Shown here: positions 55,294 through 64,000 of the stretch, piece after piece | Position numbering within the stretch: position 1 is the first letter of the stretch | Layout of the letters: the number at the start of each line of letters is the position of its first letter | Source: Camelus dromedarius | Taxonomy: Eukaryota | DNA: 64,000 nt | Assembly (NCBI RefSeq): GCF_036321535.1 | Contig: NC_087436.1 | Span: forward strand, 58,220,001-58,284,000 | Direction: 5' to 3' | Notes under the pieces: model-generated | What the model saw: only the letters and a program-made list of their open reading frames with translations | Databases searched by the model: none | What the model was told of the DNA's origin: nothing | Program-made: the position numbers and the translations under genes

Positions 55294-56149
55294 AAGAATA
55301 CATTGATGGACTAAAAAGACATGGATCCCACTCATGTCTTTTAGAGCCTAGTAACAGGGACAGATATTAACAAAATACTTCTACATATATAAAAATACAA
55401 ATTGTGCTATGTTCTACAAAGGAAAAATACAGATATTAGGGAGTAATACAAGGTGTAATGATTCAATCTGTGGCTAGAGAAAGCTCCTTTAAAGAAGTAT
55501 ATGAGGCCCCAAAGTTCGCAAGAATGATTTGCATGACACTGTAGAGCTAGCAAGAAAATGTGAGCTGATAGTGAAGAGTGAGAGAAGATTCGCATTCTGA
55601 ATTACGGAGCACTAAACTATACATAGGCTGAAATTCCAAAGACCAAATTCTAAGATACTGAGCTTGAACTTCAGTTATTTAAATAGAAAGAGTCTCAATT
55701 TTTGGTTGTCCTTCTTTGTCCTGTTTGGGATGCTTCCCTCATCATTCAGTAAGAGAACAATTTAAATGAAGGAACATCTCGTTCATTCATATATTTTTTA
55801 AAAACTTTGGCTAGGCAAATAAAGAGCCAGGTTAAAGAACGTATCTTCTAGCCTCCCTCAGTTAGGCAAGATCATGGGACTCAATTTTGGCTAATGGTGT
55901 GATGCTGAACTGTCAGATGTAAATTCTAGGAAAAGTCTTTAAAGGAAAAGCTAGAACATAGACGTGAGGGCTGGAACAATCACACCCATCTTGAACAATG
56001 AGGTGATGCCACATGCAGAGAATATTAGGGGAGAAAGATCTAAGAAGCCTAGTTCCCTGAGGTGTCCACCCTATCATGCTAGAATTCCTGCCTCTAATCT
56101 TTTTTTAAATAAGAACAATATAAATTTTATGCTATCTCTTATTTTCCAT

Positions 56150-56700
56150 TCTCCACTCAACAACCAGAGTGATTCTTTTAAAATTTAAATGAGATTTTAT
56201 CTCTTTCCTCTTTAGAACCCAAAATGTTTTCTAATCTTACTCAGAGTCTTAGAAGTCTTCAAGTCCTTCAGGGTGCCTTGTAATTTGGTCCCATCTACCA
56301 ACTCTCTCCCTCTTTCACTGTGTTGTGACCCTCATAGGCCCCTTTTCTACCCCTGAGTAAGCATGTTCCTGCTTCAGGGTCTTTGCATTTGCTATTACCT
56401 TTCTTGAAAAACTATCAATAACTCTGTACCTGACTCCCTCACATAATTCACATCTCTACTCATTAAAAATTAAAAAGTGTCTTTTGTAACCATTCTAAAC
56501 AAAATTACAGTACACATATCACCCTGCCTTATTACATTTCTTCTTCTGTCTTATATTTCATAGCACCTAACACTCACTGACTTCCTTCCCTTTTCCTTCC
56601 TTCCACCATTTGTTTCCTTTATACCATTAATGATAAACTTAGAACAATGACTACAACTTAGAATAATATATAAAACATTTGTTGAATACATAAATAAAAT
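56150..56700 (+). mobile_element. L2 3' fragment
   Basis: 'tcctgcttcagggtctttgcatttgct...tttcatagcac...aaacatttgttgaata'. Confidence 0.6.
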
Positions 56701-58819
56701 ATCTTTAAGTTTATTCTAGTTCAGTAAAAGTTATAGATTGTTACAACAGTAAAAACAAAAGCTGATGTTTTCCTGTAACCTACCTAGATTTAAGGGGGGA
56801 AAAGCCTTAGTAGTTTTATATCCACTCAAAGTCTTCTCATAGTATTTTTCAGCCACCAGTAACCACCAGCCCATACTTGTACAACACAACACCTCAATAA
56901 CACTGTAGGGAACTTAGTAACACTTGTTAGAAGAGAAAAATGGTATATGAGAAGAAGACATGGAGACAGAGTAAGATATTGGTCAGAGTTGGGAAGAAAT
57001 AACGAGCAGCAAGGTCTTGGTGACTAGACAAAATGCCCTATTGTTAGTCTTACTTAAAGACTCTAAGGTTTCAGGATATAGTAATCATATCTAGCTGCAT
57101 TATAATTTAAGTATCTTCTGTCCTGTCTACTTTTTAAAAAAGTCTTCATGCATTCAACAAATATGAATGTATCTCAAGGCAGTGTGGGTAGAATTGTATG
57201 CAAAAATAGACAGAGAACTTGCATGATTCTTTGAGGGAGTTCTATGATTTATGATTTCATTATATTTTGTTTTTTTAAATTAATTAATTCATTATTCTTT
57301 TTGACTTCATTATATTTAATCTTCTGAATTTGAGTTATGGAATCTGTAGACAGGTGACTAAAGAAGTTTATGTAAACATATTAATAAGGTCAATTTTAAT
57401 AGAGTAAATTTCTAAAATAACAGTATGTAATAATTTTTATTTTAATAAGGAAAAACAGAATTAGGATTAAGTGAAAGATTAAAGATTCTACTGAATTTAA
57501 AGGATTATTATTTGAATCTACATTAAAGCTCACTCTATTTAGAAGTCAAGTAAGATACTCATATATACGCACTATAACATGGATTTAATATATTTAATCA
57601 GTATAAGAGATCAGTCTTAATATTAACCTGGACAGGACCATAAAAGCACCATTAAAACTTACCATTTGTCATATAGAAAGCTTAAATTTTATTTTATTTC
57701 TTCAAGTAAAAGTCAGGAACTTGGCATTTTCTTTATTTCAATGACAGGATACTTTCTTAGAATCCCTGGCTGAGGAAATGGCAGATTTCAGTTCCTAGTT
57801 GTATTTTATCTCTCCTCACCAGCTGTGCATTTTTGATAGAAGAGAAGGAAGGGAAGGTACCGGGAGTGGAGGGGTTAGTCTATTCATATTTCATAAGGCC
57901 TTCTCTGTGAGCCCTGCAGTTGCCATCAAAGCACATGCACACACAGTGTCCCTCACACTCCAAAGACCACTGACACAGAATAAGGGTCAAGATATGCAGC
58001 AAGACAGATTCTTTGAAGTCTGCATTTTAGTGGCACTTAGACACAAAATATTTGGTCACTTTTGACCCCCATAACCCTTGAGGCTATGAGCTCAAGCACA
58101 TGTGAACTGTCTACCATCATCACAAACACTTTCTCATAAAGGCCTCAAATACTATGTCTTATATCTGAGTAAATAGAGCTATGAAGAAACCAGAGCAAAG
58201 AATCAAAATCTGAAAATACAGTGAAACAGCATAAATGGGTGGTTGTTAATTTCCTACTCTAATTTAATCAGTAGTTGTCTATTATAAAAGTCCACACAAG
58301 AATAGTTAATCACAATTTAGAGAAAATAATGTGATCTTTCTTTAGCATGAATACATTCTAGCATAAGGCAAGCGAAAACCCAACTCTAGAAAATCTTTTT
58401 TTCTCACTAAGGTTTGCAGTGATCAAAGTTTGGATAGAAGTATTGGATCCAGTATAAAATAAAGTTAAAATGGGCACTAATTCAATACATAGAATAGAGG
58501 TTCATGTAGAGTTGCCATAGAGTGGTCTTAATTAATAAGGACAATTTAGCCACTTCTCCATATAACCAATTGCCTAGCATCATGAATACTTAAAGACTAT
58601 TGCATCCTATTATTGTAATAACCTGTTTTTTTAATGAATGTTAGTCACAACAAAACTTGATCACCTAGAACTTCATGATCAAGTGTACTCATAGCTATCT
58701 GTATATTTTTTAAGAACAAACTAAGATCAAAGCGTCGTTACCTAATAGCAGATGCGATTCCAAAAGCTTGGAAAATAGCGTAACATAAAAATGTGCTTTT
58801 TAGTCTGTAACAGTTCTTT

Positions 58820-59222
58820 CTGGCTGCCATGGATAGGTTGAGGTCTCCCCGGAAATAGACTATGAAATGAAGATGTGAAAGTGAGAGATTTATTAGGGTA
58901 CCCAACTTGGGGTGCATGAGAAGGAACAGGAATGGACAGAGCTGTGAAGCTGTGGTGCAGTCACAGGCCTTGGCCAACCCTCAGGGAGATCCTGGGGCTA
59001 GGATGGCACAGGAGAGTTGTCTGGGTCGGGTAAAGGGGTTGTGCCTCTCTCCTCCCAGGGTGACCAGTCATTGGACGTGGAAATAACCTAACTGAGCGCC
59101 ATTCAGCCAAAGCATTTCCCAAAAAGAGCTGAGAGCTTTTGGCTAGACAATCTCCCACCAGCTAGGGAAAGAAATCTTTTAGTTCTGAACAGTCTATGTT
59201 GGTACAGCATAGCATCCATAAC
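58820..59222 (-). mobile_element. LTR16-like ERVL solo LTR
   Basis: 'tttattaggg...gctgtggtgcagtcacaggccttggccaaccc...ctggggctaggatgg'. Confidence 0.55.
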
Positions 59223-60849
59223 ACATGCTTCTTCAAATATTATTTAGACACATTCTATGTATAAATTACCATTGGTAGATGAACTCAAGCCTCTTAATAC
59301 AAATTTCTCTCTCCAGAAACTTGCCAGCATAGATACTATATATGTACACATATAAAATATACTTAATATTACTCTCAACATTAAGTATATTGCTATCAAT
59401 TAACACACTTAATTACCTCATAATACTAACTATTTAGAGACATATCTAATATAAAAATCAGAAGCAATAAATACATAGAAAAGGGTAGGCTATTAGCATA
59501 TGCGAAGGATTGGGGAAATTACCTTTGCATTGATTTAGGGCTATAAAAATAAATAGGATTTTAGTATGAGGAGAGGAGGGGAAAATATTAAGGTATAAAG
59601 AACACTGTTATACATAAAAAAGAAAAGTTATGCAAGTAAATGTGAAATGGGACCAGTCAGAGAACAAGCAACAAGCCAATCTGACAGGAATATAGGTTAT
59701 ATAAAAATAAAATTTGGGGAGATAGTGTCATAAAGGGAAGGTGGTGCAGATTTGAAAGTCCAGATTTTATTGGAGGTCTTACTGATCTCCAATGAAAAAA
59801 TCACTACTTGTTTGTTTATGAAGAGACGGAAGGAATGACATTTTAAGATATGGCTTCTTTCTAACTAGCACAGCCAACTGAGCTTTCCCAATAATTCTAT
59901 GTGTTTTCTTGAATTCTGTCCCTAGAGTAGACAATCAAAATGTTTTCTTTTGCTGGTAGACCTCTTGACAGGTTGTTATTCAAAGGAACTAAAATTTTTA
60001 AATTAAATCAAAACCATTTTTTGATCCTACTAGAAAGACTAATTTATCTTACATGTTCCCTATCTGTTTTCAGAATGGAGTTTTTGTACCAAATTCCCCC
60101 ATTCTTTTGCTTTTATCTAACATATAGTTTAAAAATAGACTGCTAAATTTCACATGTGATCAAAAGTATAGGACCACTTTTCAATATATATAGGTTAAAT
60201 GTATCCCTTAGGGATTCAAATAATACTGGAATAAGACAAAATACTTTGACTAAAATGCAGTAAGTAAACATAAACCTCCATGGCCATGAATATACAACTA
60301 TCAAGTACTGGATTCTGAGTAGCACAAATACTGCTACCACTGTTATTGACAGATAATTTTCATGGAGCATTGCCCAATTAAGAGAGTGGACATGTATAAA
60401 GGGTTTACCTTTTTTAATCTTCACAATGATATTATTATTTGAATCTATTTTTATTTTAATTTTTCAGATAGTTTTTCAGATAAGTGAATAGCCAGAGGCC
60501 CAGGGGCCTCTCAGTTAGTCAGCAGTGAAGTCAAGATTTAAACTCAAGCTCTTTACCCAAAAGATACCATCCCTACTGAGTACATAAAGAAGTTGACACT
60601 TATAGGCTTAAGGAATTTAATATGTTGAAGTCAGGCTTATTAGTCACAAAAGATCTCATTTATTAACTATGCTATCTGGTTTCACATCAAAATTTATTTA
60701 ACAAAATTTAAAATACAGATGCTATTGTCAGTTTCCAAATAACCACAGGACACCATACCATCTGAAAGCAAAAAAGAAAAAAAGAAAAAAAAAAAAAAGG
60801 CACCGATGCATTCTGCATCTCACCAGTTCATTCTTCTTCATTTCCATAC

Positions 60850-63210
60850 CCTGAGATAATTTTATCAAATCTTGGTCTTCAAAAATCTAACACTTATCCC
60901 CCTGTTCTCAGCTGATGATTATGACTTACACTCTGGAAAAAAGAGAAGCAATCAAAAGAGAACAGATCTCTTTCCCAACACCAGATCTGCCAGTCTACCT
61001 ACATTTAAGTTTGAATCTGACCTCCTTATTGAACTTAACTTATCTAAGAGTATCTGATGCATATGTACTCTGGATCCCTTCACCTCATCCACTCAAGGCC
61101 TTAGGTCCTGCAGTTATCTGTTCTCTGTCTTATATTCATCAGTGACCACCTTTGCATTTTTTTTTTTTCTTTTTAAGTCTTCTCTTGGTACTATGTTCCT
61201 CTTTTGCTTCTCTGCTTCCATTCACAGAAAAACATCTCAAAAGGGATTGTCAGTTTTTGCCAATTCTTTTTGACCTCCACCCACCTGACCCTTGCCACAT
61301 ATACACTCTTTTTCTTTTCAAGCTACTTCCTGTTGGGAATTTGCCCCACTAATCCCACTAAAATTTTGTTGCAAAGGTCATCAGAGATCTCTGTCTTGCT
61401 TAAATCCAGTTGTTGATCCTTTTTATCACTTATTCAACTTTTCAGCAGCACATGACACAGTTGACCACTGTCTCATAAAAATACAGTTTCTTGGCTTCCA
61501 GGAAACAATAGTTTTCTGCTTTTCATTCTGCCTCAATGGTCACTTCTTGTAAGTGACATTTCCTGGCTCTTCTTCCTCCAATCAGTCAACTCTAAGTGTT
61601 AGTGGCCCTTTAGCTGAATCTATGACTATCTACTCTTCTATATTATAATCCTTTCAATAGATGATGTCATCTATTCTCATGACTCTAAACATGATTTTTA
61701 TGTTGATGACTTCCAATTTTACATATTCTGAACTGACTTCCACCCCTGGATTCAAATAATATGCACAGCTAATTTCTTCTCAGCTCTCATTTGATAAGAT
61801 AAAGGAGAAAACAAAAGCAGTCCCTAGCATCTGGGACGTTTCCATTTTTCTCAACATTCACAGTTTTTCAAGATGTCTATCCCCAAAGGAAATTTTGACT
61901 ACTCTTCCACATCTTCACAGTATCCTTTTCACTCCACCAACATCTTTGGAATAGATAAACCAATATCCTCCTTACTGAATTTTGTAAAACTTATGCATTC
62001 TACAGTTCATTCTCCATGCAAAACCTGAATAATTTTAAAAATATGTAAACACGATGATGCCATTTCACTACTTAAAATTAATTCTTGCAATGACTTACGC
62101 TTAGAATGAAATTAAATGCAAGATTCCTACATGAATGGCTCCTGAGTACTTTCATGATAATATATTTTTAAATTGAAGTACAATTGATTTACAACATTGT
62201 GTTAGTTTCTGGTATACAGCAAAGCGTGTATATATATATATACACACACACACATAAATATTCTTTTTAAGATTCCTTTCCATTGTAGGTTATTGCAAGA
62301 TATTGAGTATAGTTCCCTGTGCTATGAAGTAAATCCTTCTTGTTTATCTATTTTATGTATGGTAGTGTGTATCTGTTAATCCTATACTCCTAATTCCCCC
62401 CATCCATAAATTTGTTTTCTAAGTCTGTAAGTCTGTTTCTGTTTTGTAAGTTCATTTGTATTATTTTTTAGTTTCCACATACACATAATATCACATAGTA
62501 TCTCCCTTTCTCTGTCTGACTGACTTCACTCAGTATAATAATATCTAAGTCCATCCATGTTGTTGCAAATGACAATATTTCATTCTTTTTATGGCTAATA
62601 TTCCATTATATATATATATGTATACAACACCTTCTCTATCCATTTATCTGTTGATGGACCCTTAGGTTGCTTCCATATCTTGACTATTGTAAATAATGCT
62701 GCTATGAACGTTGGAGCACGTGTATCTTTTCAAAATAGACTTTTCATCTTTTCTGGATACATGCCCAAGAGTGGGGCTGCTGCATCATACAGTAACTCTA
62801 TAGTATCTTGAATGACTTCTACCTTCAATGCCCTTTTTTCATCCATACAGCTTTCCTTTTGTTCCTTGAACATATCTAGCTCTTTTCTTACACAGGCACT
62901 TTGCAAATTTTCGTTAACTCTGTCTAGAACATTCATCACTCATCACCCAGATCTTCACATGGTGAATTCCCTCAATTCAGGCTTAAATGTTTCTTCAAAG
63001 GTTTCCTTACAATTTTATCTGAAATAGCACACTCCACTCCAGTTACTCTGTATTACTTTATCTATTTTATTTTTGTAATAGTACCTAAAAAACATGAAAT
63101 TATCATCACTAGTTACTTACTTGTCTATTCAATGGTAGCTTCATACAAGCAAGAGAACTCTGCCTGTTTTTTCACTATATCCCCAGTGCTTAGAGAAGTA
63201 CCTGTCACAG
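60850..63210 (+). mobile_element. Degraded L2 element interrupted by an L1 insertion
   Basis: L2 ORF2-like 'tcagcagcacatgacacagttgaccac...cttggcttccagga'. 3' end 'ttcactatatccccagtgcttagagaagtacctg'. Confidence 0.7.
62165..62800 (-). mobile_element. LINE-1 3' fragment (artiodactyl-type) nested in L2
   Basis: Antisense 'ttgaagtacaattgatttacaacattgtgttagtttctgg...gtccatccatgttgttgcaaatg...ggttgcttccatatcttg'. The minus-strand translation includes IELLYDAAAPLLGMYPE. Confidence 0.88.
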
Positions 63211-63829
63211 AAATCAAAGATTTTTTATTTTTAGGAGAGAGTAACAATAGGTATAGACTGCATATCCCAAAAATGACAGAAACAAAGTTGAAGATTCATT
63301 TGCATATATTATGTCTACTGGAGCTCAGCCAATAAGAAGGCCAGTGTGATGCTCATATTTGAGGCCTAGGCCAGCACTAAAGTCTGCTGACCATCATCTG
63401 CTCTGCCTGCAATTCAAGGCCTGCCCTTAGACACAGCCTCTGGCAGCATAACATTGTCCTATCCATAGGGGATGTATCCATTAGTTACAATATGAAGAAC
63501 AGACCAGGCCAAGTAGAGAGTATCACACACACAGGAGGTAATAACAGAAACAATGCTAATAGGAAAATGAAACCCTTTTTTTGGTTCACAATAGATAGAA
63601 AATATGACATAAAATTTACATAGGAGTAAAAATAGCTTCTGTTGAAAAGTAATCACTTCTAGAAAAAGGAATACTTTCAGAGAAATTTTTTATTTTTTTT
63701 GAATCTTCAACTAACAAACTTTAGCTCATCTAAGTCCAGAAAGTTACTACCTTCTAAGTCTGGATATTAAAATGCTACTTCTAAATTCAATGGTTCAAGA
63801 CAAGTATTCAAATATACCAGACTCACATA

Positions 63830-64000
63830 CCTAATTCTTAGTGATAATCATGAACTCTCATAGCTTTTATATACTGTGCCAGCCACTATTTTAAGTATTT
63901 AGTAGCAATAATTCACTTAATTCCCTTAAGAACACAATGCGATCTATATCATCATTATTGCCAGTTTATAGATGAAGGCATAGAGCATGTAATTTACTGA
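63830..64000 (-). mobile_element. MIR SINE (runs off the window end)
   Basis: 'tactgtgccagccact...ccagtttatagatgaagg'. Confidence 0.55.

Noticed and set aside
59356..59391. 15-bp inverted repeat hairpin (one mismatch)
   Set aside because: Almost entirely A/T, so plausible by chance, and without supporting context.
63295..63335. Octamer ATTTGCAT plus CCAAT box as a promoter
   Set aside because: Short motifs that recur elsewhere in the window, with no CpG island or downstream gene evidence.
1..64000. Most 60-130 aa ORFs in the supplied track
   Set aside because: Many use non-ATG starts, have the F/L/I/K bias of AT-rich noncoding DNA, or lie inside repeats. None has a recognisable domain.

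Overview
AT-rich mammalian genomic DNA (intergenic or deep intronic) made largely of transposable-element debris. There is no prokaryotic system and no confidently identifiable host protein-coding exon. A tRNA-derived SINE at 39568-39680 resembles the camelid Vic-1 family, so the source is probably a camel, alpaca or llama (inference). The standout feature is a ~3.07-kb LINE-1 derivative at 45008-48075, flanked by a perfect 16-bp target-site duplication (TSD). It has a complete GC-rich 5'UTR and a nearly intact ORF1, then jumps from the inter-ORF spacer into the last ~120 codons of ORF2, followed by the 3'UTR and A-tail. It lacks the endonuclease, reverse transcriptase and CCHC regions, which is a 'half-L1' (HAL1-like) non-autonomous architecture. 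Nearby are a 5'-truncated young L1 carrying the RT/C-terminal part of ORF2 (52793-55293, 14-bp TSD) and a 203-bp L1 3'-end insertion (7931-8133, 17-bp TSD) whose 3'UTR matches the half-L1. Older MaLR/ERVL/ERV1 solo LTRs, MIR, L2, MER5 and ancient L1 fragments, and a few unverified splice-signal-bounded segments, fill the rest. Repeat subfamily names were recognised by eye and need RepeatMasker/Dfam confirmation.
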